A DNA stretch of 63,837 bases, filler included, from an uncultured virus (IMG/VR IMGVR_UViG_2061766007_004299) (3 parts of one record of this genome joined end to end with filler, not necessarily neighbours in it), one strand, 5' to 3'; counted from the first letter of the whole stretch, positions 9,158 to 20,737 are shown. Numbers and translations: made by a program. The notes: a model not told the origin generated them from the letters alone.

Positions 9158-11224
9158 TTGGACGAGAAGAGACGGGTGTTGTCCATCGACTTGGAAACAT
9201 TCTCTGATATCGATCTGAGTAGCTGCGGGGTGTACCGCTATGTGGAGGGGGATTTCCATATCCTGCTTTTTGCCTATGCCTTTGACGATGAAGATGTGAG
9301 AGTAGTGGACATGGCCTGCGGAGAAGAACTGCCTCAGGAAGTCCGGGACGCCATTTTCGATGAAACCGTCATTAAAGCAGCGTGGAACGCACAGTTCGAA
9401 CGTACATGTNNNNNNNNNNACTTCCGCTGAAGCTGAAAACAGCCGCAGAGGTCTTGAAGACCGGGGAGCAGAAGGATGACGCAGGCGAACGACTGATCAA
9501 GTATTTCTCTGTTCCCTGCAAGCCGACCAAAACCAACGGTGGACGGACACGAAACTTGCCGGAGCATGCTCCGGAGGANNNNNNNNNNGCTTCCGCTGAA
9601 GCTGAAAACAGCTGCAGAGGTCTTGAAGACCGGAGAACAGAAGGATGACGCAGGCGAACGGCTGATCAAGTATTTCTCTGTTCCCTGCAAGCCGACTAAA
9701 ACCAATGGTGGACGGACACGAAACCTGCCAGAGCATGCTCCGGAGGATTGGGCACTTTTCAAATCCTACTGTATGCAGGACGTGAGGACAGAACGGGATA
9801 TTCGGCATAAGCTGGAGGTATTTCCCCTGCAAAAAAGCGAGTGGAATTTCTATCACATGGATCAACGGATCAACGATAGAGGCGTCCTGATCGATAAGAA
9901 GCTGGTGGAGCAGGCAATTACCTGTGACATGATGCTTTCCGAAGAGATGACAGCAAAGGCATACGAACTGACCGGCCTTGAGAATCCGAACTCTGTATCG
10001 CAGCTGAAAGGATGGCTGACGGAGCGAGGGATCGATGTGAACAGCCTTGGCAAAAAGAATGTGACAGCACTTATCAAAGACCTGGATAAGCACAGTATTG
10101 ACAGCGAGGCTTTGGAGATGATGCGGCTTCGGCTTCAGATGGCGAAGTCTTCGGTCAAGAAATATCAGGCGGCGGATCGATACATCTGCCTGGATGGCCG
10201 GGCGCATGGCCTGTTCCAATTCTCTGGCGCAAACAGGACACAGCGCTGGGCCGGACGAGGAATTCAGTTGCAGAATCTTCCGCAAAACCATATCAGCACG
10301 CTGGATGAAGCACGGGAGTTGGTGAAGCTCGGATGTTTCGACATGGTCGAGAGCATCTACGGAAACACACCAGACATCCTGTCACAGCTGATTCGGACCA
10401 TGCTGATTCCGAAAGAAGGCTGTGAGTTTATCGTGGCAGACTTTTCTGCCATAGAAGCTCGCGTGTTGGCCTGGCTGGCCGGAGAGCAGTGGCGAATGGA
10501 TGCCTTTAAGCGCGGAGATGACATTTACTGTGCATCGGCCTCACAGATGTTCGGGGTGCCCGTTGTCAAGCACGGGATCAATGGCGAGCTGAGACAGAAG
10601 GGAAAGGTTGCGGAATTGGCCTGCGGCTACGGCGGCGCGGCTGGAGCGCTGATCAGTATGGGAGCACTTGATATGGGCTTGTCCGAGGATGAGCTGCCGG
10701 GGCTGATCGATGACTGGCGCACAGCCAATCCCCATATCGTGCAGTTCTGGTGGGATGTGGAGAAGGCGGCCATGGATACCGTGAAGGATCATCGGGAGCG
10801 TAACGTTGGCAGAATCGGTTTTCAATTCTATGCCAATACGCTGTGGGTCGTACTGCCATCCGGGAGAAAACTGGCATACATTAAACCAAGGCTTCAGCCT
10901 AACCGATTCGGCCGAATGGCTATGACATTTGAATCTTTGAATGCCGCAAACAAGTGGAGCCGTGGAGAAACGTACTCGGGAAAGTTGGTAGAAAACTGCA
11001 CGCAATCTACAGCCCGCGATCTGCTGGCCGAAGCCATGTGGCGCATGGAGCAGGCCGGACTGGATATTGTGGGACATGTCCATGATGAGGTAATTTTGGA
11101 GGTTCCGAAAGGCACAATAACAGTGGAGGATGTTTGCTCTATCATGAATCAGAACCCGGTATGGGCAAACGGACTTGTTCTTTCCAGCGCTGGTTATCGC
11201 GGGGATTACTACTTCAAGGATTAA
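9158..11224 (+). CDS. Family A DNA polymerase (gapped)
   Basis: Exo I SIDLETFS; motif A VADFSAIEARVLA; motif B RQKGKVAELACGYG; motif C HVHDEVILE. Confidence 0.93.
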
Positions 11225-11257
11225 GCCCTGCCGATGCAGCAAGATTTTCATAAGCAG

Positions 11258-11296
11258 CTACTGATATTTCGTGCCCTGAAAAATCTTATAAGTGGA
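11258..11296 (+). promoter_or_regulatory. 39-bp phage motif A, copy 2
   Basis: CTACTGATATTT-cgtgccc-TGAAAAATC-ttat-AAGTGGA. Confidence 0.75.
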
Positions 11297-11320
11297 GGAA
11301 CATTAGAATAGGAGGCCATC

Positions 11321-11787
11321 ATGGGTAGAAAGAAGAAAGAGAAAGTCGGAAGCTTTGACCGGATTGGCGAAGAAGTCAATCTGGAAAAGTGCCCGGAGTG
11401 TGTGGAGCATCCGGACTGTTTTGCCTGGATGGAAGGAAAATGCACAGCCCTGAAGGAAACCGGAGGTCGGGGCTGTGTTTTTTATTGCCCTGCTGAAAAG
11501 GCTATCGCCGAGGCACGGATGTGTTTCAGAAAGCTGATGGAGCAGCACCGGACAGATTTGATTCAGAAANNNNNNNNNNTGGAAGATGCACAGCCCTGAA
11601 GGAAAGCGGAGGTCGGGGCTGTGTTTTTTATTGCCCTGCTGAAAAGGCAATCGCTGAGGCACGGGTGTGTTTCAGAAAGCTGATGGAGCAGCACCGGACA
11701 GATTTGATTCAGAAATACTTCAAGTCATTATCCGCGCTTGGTCTGCTGGATGAAGAAATCGACGCGGTATGCCGGGCGGTGGATCAG
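11321..11787 (+). CDS. Cys-rich hypothetical protein (gapped, two alleles)
   Basis: RBS GGAGG; CPEC...DCFAW...CTAL...GCVFY. Confidence 0.6.
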
Positions 11788-11821
11788 NNNNNNNNNNATG
11801 CAGGTGGAGAGGAGGGCACAG

Positions 11822-12311
11822 ATGGAGCAGATGATAGGTGCCGTGATCCCGTGGGGTATTAACGGCACAGCACGGGATGATCCCTATATGGATCTTGCAT
11901 CCGCTGTTGTTGCGCAGGCAGCAAAGGACTATATCAAAATCTTAAGGAAGCTGTGGAAGAAGGACATTACGGTCCAGGCGAGGAGAGGGTTGTTCCTTGG
12001 AAAACTGGACCTGGAGAGCTTCTTCCATTCTGCATGGTATGAGATGCTGACGGATTTGGATCCGGATTTCTTGCTCTTAAAATGTAACAGTACAGCCTTG
12101 GAGCAGGAAAAAGAATTCAGGCGAAAACAGGCAGAAAAGCGGAGCAGAAGGCTTGTCGATAAACAGAAGAATACAACTACTGAGCAGGAGGAAAAANNNN
12201 NNNNNNGGAACAGGAGAAGGAATACAGGAGAAAACAGGCAGAAAAGCAGAGCAGAAGGCTTGCCGATAAACAGAAGAATACAACTACTGAGCAGGAGGAA
12301 AAAGTACATGA
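11822..12311 (+). CDS. Conserved hypothetical phage protein (3' end gapped)
   Basis: DPYMDLASAVVAQAAKDY...ESFFHSAWYEMLTDLDP. Confidence 0.6.
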
Positions 12312-13364
12312 AACAGGGCAGAGCATTACCTGAGGTGCTGAAAGAGCTGCAGCATCAGAACAATATGAAACAGGATTTCATCGGTCCGGCGCAGGCGTTC
12401 ATGTTAGAGCCTGATGGCCGGACTTTTCGTATTCGGCATCAGAACACAGGGGCAGAGGAGACCTTCGGGACGACGGATCTCTTTCACAGACAGGTCGGCA
12501 GTACGCTCGGCATCCCGGCGAAATACTATGACCTGATGCGACAGCAGAAACCGGAGCTCCTGGCGGAGAACGTGAATAGCTGGTTTGCAGACCGGGAGCA
12601 GTCGTACATGATTCGCAGCATGGATTATGGTTCCGGTAGAGTTGCCAGGGCACTACTGTCCGACCGGTATCGCCGGATTGATAACCTGGAGGTAGCTGCA
12701 GCTGTGCTTCCGCTATTCGCGGGCAAGGAAGAGATGGAAGTGGTCTCGACAGAGGTTAGCCCCAACCGGCTGTATCTGAAGATCGTCAACAAACGTCTGG
12801 AGATGGAAGTCGTTCCCGGCGACTATGTACAGGCTGGTGTGGTGATTTCAAATTCTGAAGTTGGCCTTGGCGCTGTATCGGTCCAGCCGCTGGTTTATCG
12901 TCTGGTCTGTACCAACGGTATGGTGGTGAACGATTTTGGAGAACGCCGTGCTCATGTAGGCCGAGCGGTGAAAGCCCTGGAGGACAGTTTTCAGCTGTAC
13001 TCGGATGAAACCATGGAGGCGGAGGATAAAGCCTTTATGCTGAAACTTCGGGATACGACGCTTGCCGCACTTGAGGAAGCGAGATTTGCGCAGATTGTCG
13101 GACGGCTTCAGGAAAGTACGCAGGCAAGGATTACTGGCAGAGTGCAGGATGTGATCGAACTGACTGGCAAAGCTTATGACCTGAATCAGCCGGAACAGGA
13201 CAGTATCCTGAACTATCTGATACAGGGCGGAGACCTGTCACTTTATGGCTTTTNNNNNNNNNNNNNNNNNNNNNNNNNNNNCAACGACGCTCGAGGGCAT
13301 CGGCTGGCAAGTAGCAACCATGCCGGAAACTCAGTGGAGGGAGATCAACAGCCATGTGTCATGA
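12308..13364 (+). CDS. DUF932-family protein
   Basis: RALLSDRYRRIDN, GVVISNSEVGLG, YRLVCTNGM. C-terminus continues after the gap to the TGA ending at 13364. Confidence 0.8.
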
Positions 13365-13638
13365 GCATCATTACCCAAGAGGGTATCGTGATGATGAGGA
13401 ATTATATGTCTACGACCAGTGCTGTGATAACTGCTGCAATGCCCATTGCCCCATGGAATATCCAATGTCGTTAGAGGAGTATCTCGAAGAATGCGGCTGT
13501 GCGCCGGACGGCTATGATCCGGAAGAGGAAGCTTTGAAAATGGCTGAGGTTACAGAGCGCCGGAAGGAAGACGCGATTCTCAGAGACGATGAGCCAACTA
13601 GGTGCATTTATTGGAAAGGACGGACAGACTGCCGGTGA
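13354..13638 (+). CDS. Small acidic Cys-rich hypothetical protein
   Basis: Translationally coupled ORF containing CCDNCCNAHC. Confidence 0.55.
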   Translation: MCHEHHYPRGYRDDEELYVYDQCCDNCCNAHCPMEYPMSLEEYLEECGCAPDGYDPEEEALKMAEVTERRKEDAILRDDEPTRCIYWKGRTDCR

Positions 13639-14094
13639 GAGAGTATGTCGTAGAAAATGAATTTGTCAAAGCCGTTCGGGCAGCGGGCGGAGTGGCATAC
13701 AAGCTGACCAGCCAGACCACTAACGGGCTGCCGGATCGGCTGGTTTTATTTTTCCCGGCAAAGANNNNNNNNNNNNNNNNNNNNNNNNNNNNNNNNNNNG
13801 AGGCCGCTGCAGCGAAAGCGCCGGTATCAGCTCATGAAACTGGGTTTCCCGGTGTTGTGTATCGATCGACTATCACAGATAAAACCAGCGATCAAGGCGA
13901 TATTGGATTGGACACCCGGCACTCCTTTTCCGGAGGGAATCGGTGCCAGAATACCGGAGCTGGAGATTGCACAGCTGCCATCAGACCAGGGAAGCCTCAC
14001 CGACCTGAATGATTATGGAGATACCCTGGAAGCAGAAGACCCGTCAGAGTTGGCGGGCTTTTTTCATTTAGAGGAGGGAGGTGATGACCTATGA
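13635..14094 (+). CDS. VRR-NUC domain nuclease (gapped)
   Basis: GGVAYKL...GLPDRLVLF; RPLQRKR...LGFPVLCID. Confidence 0.85.
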
Positions 14095-15454
14095 AGTTCG
14101 TGCCGCATGAGTATCAGCAGTATTGTATCGATTATATTCGAGATCACAAAGTATCTGCGCTATTCCTGGACATGGGCCTGGGTTAGGCAAAACAGCCATC
14201 ACACTGACAGCTCTCCGCGAGCTGATGCTGGATGACGTATCTGTATCCAAAGTCCTGGTGATTGCCCCTCTGCGTGTCGCCCGTGATACCTGGCCTACAG
14301 AATTAGATAAATGGGATCACCTTGTAGATCTCGATGTCTCGGTCATCGTGGGAACCGTGAAAGAGCGGACGGCAGCCATCAATCGCAGTGCAATGGTCTA
14401 CGTGGTCAACCGCGAAAACGTGAAATGGCTGATTGAGTACTATGAGAAGAATGGGCTGCGATGGGACTTCGATTGCATCGTAATTGATGAGCTGAGCAGC
14501 TTCAAGAACTATCAGTCACAGAGGTTTAAATGGCTGCGGAAGGTGCGACCTTTTGTGAAACGCTGGATTGGACTCACCGGTACACCGACATCCAATGGCC
14601 TCATGGATCTATGGGCAGAGATCGGTATCCTGGACGGCGGGGAGAGGCTGGGCCGCTTCATCGGTCGGTATCGGGACGCTTATTTTAAAGCAGGGTCCAT
14701 GAATCCGGCGACAGGCGTGATCTTTTCCTATGTTCCTCGCCCCGGCGCTGAGGAACAAATCTATGAGAAGATCGCTGACATGACGATCTCTATGAAGGCG
14801 CTGGATTATCTGGATATGCCGGAGTGCATCTATGTAAACCATGAGGTGGAGATGTCAGAGCCGGAGCGAAGACTGTATGACCAGCTCAAGCAGGATCTGA
14901 TTATCCCTCTGGAGGATGGAGATATCGACGCAGCCAATGCGGCGTCCTTGTCAAATAAACTCCTGCAGATGAGCAACGGCGCGGTGTATGACGAGAACGG
15001 TGAAACACGGGTCATTCACAGTCGGAAACTGGAAATGCTGGAGGACCTGATTGAAGCAGCCAATGGCCAGCCGGTACTCNNNNNNNNNNNNNNNNNNNNN
15101 NNNNNNNNNNNNNNNNNNNNNNNNNNNNNNNNNNNNNNNNNNNNTCGTGAGTCTGCGGATATTACAGATTGGAACGCAGGAAAGATCCCAGTCGCTTTGA
15201 TTCACCCGGCATCGGCCGGTCATGGCCTGAATATCCAAGCAGGCGGTCATATCCTGATCTGGTTTGGACTCACATGGAGCCTGGAGTTGTACCAGCAGAC
15301 GAATGCACGCCTCTGGCGGCAGGGGCAGAAGCAGACCGTTACGGTGCATCACATCGTGACAAAGAATACCGTGGATGAGGATGTGCTGGCAGCTCTGGCA
15401 TCAAAGGATGTCACGCAGGAGAAACTGATCGCCGCTGTAAAGGCGCGGCTGTGA
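14091..15454 (+). CDS. SNF2-like DEAD/DEAH helicase, frame disrupted at the Walker A motif
   Basis: MKFVPHEYQQYC...DMGLG* in one frame and GLGKT...IDELSSFK...GLTGTP...GHGLNIQ in the -1 frame. Confidence 0.85.
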
Positions 15455-15561
15455 GCAGGATATGGATACACGCAATAATGATAAGTAACAGTAGAACATG
15501 GGACCGGGGATTGCCTTTAAGCACCTCGGTCTATTTTTTTGCCCATTCGGAGGTGATTCTA

Positions 15562-16122
15562 TTGGGACGCAAAAACAAACGAAAGAAAAAGGAATACAGG
15601 GATCGGCTGGGATTCAATCCAGGGAAGTATGTATCAAGGAACAGGAATACTCCTGTGGTACATACGCCAGTGTATGAAAATACTGAAATCAGAGCACCAC
15701 ATCGCGGGGATATCTGGTTTGCGGATCTGGGCTGTCATCCCGGAACGAGCATCCAGGCAGGGTGCAGGCCGGTGCTTATTGTCTCCAACGATATCGGAAA
15801 TACGTATGCGGGCACGCTCAATGTTCTGCCGATGACCAGGCATCTGAAAAAGCCGGAGCTGCCTTGCCACAAGGAACTGAATCCAGAGGCTGTTGGTGAT
15901 CTGAAGCAGGAGCTGAATGCCTCCATGATTCTGGCCGAACAGATCACAACGATCAGCAAGCTTCAACTGCGAAATTATGTCGGCAGGGTGGATGACGCCG
16001 ATCTGCTTGTAGCCATAGACCAGACTATCCGGGAGCAACTGGGGTTATCAGGTCCAGATCGTCATGACAATGATCATCACAGCACGAAAAATAAGGAGTG
16101 TGATTGCAATGACCACAAGTAA
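15562..16122 (+). CDS. PemK/MazF-family endoribonuclease-like protein
   Basis: RGDIWFADL...GCRPVLIVSNDIGN...ILAEQITTISK; TTG start after GGAGGTG. Confidence 0.85.
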   Translation: MGRKNKRKKKEYRDRLGFNPGKYVSRNRNTPVVHTPVYENTEIRAPHRGDIWFADLGCHPGTSIQAGCRPVLIVSNDIGNTYAGTLNVLPMTRHLKKPELPCHKELNPEAVGDLKQELNASMILAEQITTISKLQLRNYVGRVDDADLLVAIDQTIREQLGLSGPDRHDNDHHSTKNKECDCNDHK

Positions 16123-18509
16123 GGTGAACTTCGTGAATATTCCGCAGGAGCTGAAGAACAATGCTTCCTTCTGTGTGTGGAAAATGGAGAAGCGGCAAGG
16201 AAAGCCGACAAAGGTACCCTACAACCCGAAGACCGGTGCGCTGGCCAGAACCAACGATCCGTCCACGTTCTCGGATTTCGGCACTGCCATGAAGACCTAT
16301 GCGCTGGGTGGTTGGGACGGGATCGGGTATCGTGTGTCCGAGGGGATCGGCGCGATTGATATCGACCACTGCATCCGTGAGGATGGTTCTTTGAATGATG
16401 TGGCGGCATCCATCATGTCCTTCTTCCCGGATGCCTATTTTGAACGGTCTCCCTCTGGTACTGGCCTGCGCGGCTTCTTCCGTCTTAGTCCTGATTTTGC
16501 CTATGACAAGACTGTATACTACATCAACAACCGGAAGCATGGTCTGGAGGTTTACCTGCCTGGTGCCACAAACCGTTTCGTGACGGTGACGGGTGATGTG
16601 TATCGCTCGGGTTCGGTTACCCGGAATGACGAGGCGCTGCAGAATGCGCTGGATACCTTTATGCGCCGGGCAAACCGGGTGGAGGGAAGCCGGATTGAAG
16701 CGTGTTCCTATCTGGATGACGACGCTGTGATCGAGCACGCATCTCGTTCGGAATCTGGTGAAAAGTTCAAGATGCTCTATGAAGGCCATTGGGAAGAGGG
16801 CTACGATAGCCAGTCGGATGCGGATATGGCATTGGTGTCCATCCTGGCTTTCTGGTGCGGAAACGTGGAGGAGCAGATCGACCGCATTTTCAGGACCTCC
16901 GGCCTTATGCGTGAGAAGTGGGACAGAAGGACCGGGGACAGCACCTACGGGCAGATCACTATCCGAAACGCAGTGGCGTCCAACAATACCATCTATGTCC
17001 CAATCCGGGATCTCGGTATGGCAGAGGAGGAGTTTTCCGATCTGGATGAAGAGGAACAGCATGCCGCATTCCGGCCGGACCTTTCTCACGTCACGCTGAC
17101 CTTGGAAGAGATGAAGCCTCACACGAATCCCAGATATCAGAGGGATGAGATTGGCATCGGGAACGCTTTTGCAGATTACTTCAAGCCCATCGCCAGGTTC
17201 AATGCGGACCGTGGGATCTGGTANNNNNNNNNNNNNNNNNNNNNNNNNNNNNNNGAAGCCGCACACGAATCCCAGATATCAGCGGGATGAGATTGGCATC
17301 GGGAACGCTTTTGCCGATTACTTCAAGCCCATCGCCAGGTTCAATGCGGACCGTGGGATCTGGTATGTCTATGACGGGCAGGTCTGGCAGCCGGACGAGA
17401 ATGCCCTGGCGGTGGCGGAGCTGGCAAAGAATCTCGCAGATCAGCTTTACTCATTTGCTCTTCACATCAAGGACGAGGATACCAGAAATCGGTATATCAA
17501 ACGGGTGCAGAAGCTGCAGATGCGGAAGCACAGAAAAACCATGGTAGAAGATGCAAAGTCTGTCTATCCGGTCAGGATGAGCCTGTTCGATTCCAGCAAG
17601 TATCTGTTCAACTGTGAGAACGGAACGCTGGATCTGAATACGCTGTCTTTCCGATCGCACGATCCGGGTGACTTTATCACCAAGATTAGTCCGGTGACCT
17701 ACGATCCGGAGGCAACCTGTCCCCGCTGGGATCAGTTTGTGGATGAGGTGATGCAGGGCCGCAGCTCGGTATCCCGGTACCTGCAGAAAGCAGTCGGCTA
17801 TTCTTTGACCGGTGATACCTCGCTGGAGTGTCTGTTTATCATGTATGGACCGACGACCAGAAACGGGAAGACGACCACCATCGAGACGATTCTCAGGCTC
17901 ATGGGTGAGTATGGCCGGTCCGCAAAACCGGACATGTTGGCATCGAATTTCCGTGGCCCAAGCAATGGTGCGCCTTCCGAGGATGTCGCCCGGCTTGCCG
18001 GAGCTCGTTTTGTGGGTATTTCCGAGATGGAGCAGAAGCTGACGATCAATGCATCCCTGACCAAACAGCTCACTGGGAACAACCGGATTACGGCGCGGTT
18101 CCTGCATGAAAACTCTTTCGAGTTCCAGCTGCAGGCGAAGATCTTCATCGACACCAATCACCTGCCCAACGTGACGGACCAGACGCTGTTTGAGTCCGGC
18201 CGCCTGCTGATCANNNNNNNNNNGGAGGAAGGGAAGGACGAAGACGGGGATAAGTATCAGGTGCCCTGCAAAGCAGCCTACCGTGTGTATGCCCGCTGGT
18301 GTGAGGAGATGAACTATCGTCCGGATAACTATAAGAACTACCGTGCCGCCATGGAGAAAGCGTATATGGTGGACACGAGACGGCCGAAGGGCGGAGGGGA
18401 GAAAACGCCGTTGATAATCGGGGTTCGCCTGCGCAAGGAGGAAGTAGGCGCTGAAGATGAGGACCAGGACGCTTTTGTGCCTTTGGCGGATGAGGATTGT
18501 AAGGTGTGA
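16109..18509 (+). CDS. Primase-polymerase fused to a D5/P4-type helicase (gapped)
   Basis: N-terminal AIDIDHC and ERSPSGTGLR; SQSDADMAL; Walker A GPTTRNGKTT; ITARFLHENSFEF. Confidence 0.85.
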
Positions 18510-18571
18510 CGCTGACCTAGCAGGTGGGCTCCGCTACTGAAACCGGACCTGAAACCAGTCATGGTACCATC

Positions 18572-18675
18572 TGGGAAAGTAGTGAAAGTTGAAAACCTAT
18601 TTTTCTTTTTTTACTTTCTCCCCTATAGAATTATATTTTTAACTTTCCCATCTTTCCCATAATAGAAAAAATAAA
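18572..18675. promoter_or_regulatory. Candidate replication origin
   Basis: AT-rich tract right after the primase with inverted GAAAGT/ACTTTC repeats (TGGGAAAGT at 18572, ACTTTCCCA at 18642). Confidence 0.45.
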
Positions 18676-18932
18676 NNNNNNNNNNAAGCCGGGTATGTGG
18701 GTACCGGACCGAAAGGCCAGAGGTGAGCAGCAGAAAGGAATGGAAAATGAAAATCATCACTTGTGAACAGGTAAGCAATGGCCATCCCGATAAGATCTGC
18801 GATCAGATTGCAGATGCGATTGTGACGGATTGCTTGCAGCACGACAAAAACAGCCGTGTGGCNNNNNNNNNNGAGCCGGGCAAGTGGGGACGGACCAGAA
18901 GACCGAAGATGAGCAGCAGAAAGGAATGGAAA

Positions 18933-20009
18933 ATGAAAATCATCACTTGTGAACAGGTAAGCAATGGCCATCCCGATAAGATCTGCGATCAGATTGCCGA
19001 TGCGATTGTGACGGATTGCTTGCAGCACGACAAAAACAGCCGTGTGGCGATTGAGGTCCTGATCAAGGACAGCCACATCATCATCGCCGGTGAGCTGACG
19101 AGCACTCATAAGCCGGATTACCGGAAGCTGGTGTACGAGGTGTTTGAAAGGATCGGCTTTGACCGTGTTGCCGGGATGCAGTTTGATCCTCTTTACGCCG
19201 GTCCGGATATCGGCATCCTGGTGAAGGAACAGAGTGCGGATATTGCCCTCGGTGTGGACAGAGGTGGAGCGGGCGACCAGGGTATGATGTACGGATATGC
19301 GACAAACGAGACGGCGGAGCTTCTGCCGATCCCCTTCGTGGTAGCGACCCGCTTCCTGGAGATTCTGAGAAACCATCCGAGTAAGATGTTCCGAGCGGAT
19401 GCAAAAGCCCAGGTCAGCTTCGACTACGACACCGGCAAAATTACGACCTTCCTGTGCAGCGTCCAGCACAGCCCGGATGTTGAACCTGCGGATTTCCGGC
19501 ATATCATCGAAGGCATCATGGTGTTGGCTGCCTGTGAGAACGGCCTGAATACAGACTTTGAGAAACTGGTCAATCCGACCGGCCGTTTCGTGATCGGCGG
19601 AAGCTATGCGGACTGCGGCGTGACAGGTAGGAAGCTGGCCTGCGATACCTACGGTGGTGTTGGACACATCGGTGGAGGAGCCATGAGCGGGAAGGACCCC
19701 AGCAAGGTAGACCGTTCCGGTGCATACGCGGCACGGAAGATCGCGGTGGACATCGTGAGAGCCGGGTATGCAGATAAGGCGGAAGTCCAGATCGCCTATG
19801 CCATCGGTGTGGCGGAACCCGTCAGTGTGTATGTGGAGACCTTTGGAACAGAGCACCAGGACCGGCGCTTCATTGAACAGTATGTCCGGGAAAACTACGA
19901 TCTGACACCGAGAGGCATTATTCAGAAGCTGGGGCTTCTGGATGTGGACTATAACCTGGTGAGCGCTTATGGACACTTCGGGAAGAAGGGCCTTCCCTGG
20001 GAACAGTAA
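18933..20009 (+). CDS. metK: S-adenosylmethionine synthetase (duplicate N-terminal allele at about 18747)
   Basis: [51 protein letters not shown]. Confidence 0.95.
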   Translation: MKIITCEQVSNGHPDKICDQIADAIVTDCLQHDKNSRVAIEVLIKDSHIIIAGELTSTHKPDYRKLVYEVFERIGFDRVAGMQFDPLYAGPDIGILVKEQSADIALGVDRGGAGDQGMMYGYATNETAELLPIPFVVATRFLEILRNHPSKMFRADAKAQVSFDYDTGKITTFLCSVQHSPDVEPADFRHIIEGIMVLAACENGLNTDFEKLVNPTGRFVIGGSYADCGVTGRKLACDTYGGVGHIGGGAMSGKDPSKVDRSGAYAARKIAVDIVRAGYADKAEVQIAYAIGVAEPVSVYVETFGTEHQDRRFIEQYVRENYDLTPRGIIQKLGLLDVDYNLVSAYGHFGKKGLPWEQ

Positions 20010-20076
20010 AACGACCCGGTAGCTGATTGAAAGTGGCCAACATGCGAATCTGAAAAAATAAAAAAGTTTTTTTCGA

Positions 20077-20115
20077 CTACTGATATTTTGGCCTTTGAAA
20101 AATCCTATTAGTAGA
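20077..20115 (+). promoter_or_regulatory. 39-bp phage motif A, copy 3
   Basis: CTACTGATATTT-tggcctt-TGAAAAATC-ctat-TAGTAGA upstream of the HNH gene. Confidence 0.75.
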
Positions 20116-20239
20116 GGGACTTAAAAACCTCCCCTGTGGCTGGGGNNNNNNNNNNNNNNNNNNNNNNNNNNNNNNNNNNNNNNNNNNNNNNNNNNNNNNN
20201 NGGTTTACGTAAGTAGTAGGTAACAGGGAGGAAGCAGCT

Positions 20240-20599
20240 ATGCCGTCAAGACCTAACACCCCCTGCCGTCATCCAGGCTGCGCTGCCCTCGTTCCCTACG
20301 GGCAGAAGTACTGTGAGGTACACAAGCCGCAGCACCCAGAAGAGGTGCGGTCGGCAGCAGACCGAGGCTATGGCAAGGCGTGGCAGAGAGCACGCAAGCG
20401 TTACCTTGAGGCGCACCCCTTCTGCGTGCAGTGCATGAAGGAAGGCAAGTACGTCAAGGCAACCGACGTGGACCACATCGTTCCTCACAGAGGGGACAAG
20501 AAGCTCTTCTGGGATGAGACCAACTGGCAGGCGCTCTGCCACACCCATCACTCCATCAAGACACGGAATGAGGATCAGACACCGGAATATCATTTTTGA
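20240..20599 (+). CDS. Terminase-associated HNH endonuclease
   Basis: PCRHPGC, CVQC, VDHIVPHRGD, NWQALCHTHHSIKT. Confidence 0.92.
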   Translation: MPSRPNTPCRHPGCAALVPYGQKYCEVHKPQHPEEVRSAADRGYGKAWQRARKRYLEAHPFCVQCMKEGKYVKATDVDHIVPHRGDKKLFWDETNWQALCHTHHSIKTRNEDQTPEYHF

Positions 20600-20670
20600 A
20601 ATGACGGAGTTTACTTTTACGCTGCCTGAACAGTGATTTGGGAGCGAGAAAGTAAACTTTTTCTCTGTCT

Positions 20671-20737
20671 GGCGAGGCCCCNNNNNNNNNNGCCCCCTCT
20701 CGCGTTAAAATCCGCGAAATTGTAAGGGGCCTACCCC
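20671..20737. other. Probable cos/packaging region (partly in gap)
   Basis: GC-rich dyad GCCCCCTCTCGCG...CGCGAAATTGTAAGGGGC directly after HNH, the usual cos position in HK97-like cos phages. Confidence 0.45.

Noticed and set aside
11738..13474. 578-aa ORF as a single fusion protein (likewise 59762..61246)
   Set aside because: These ORFs read through N gaps and merge separate genes.
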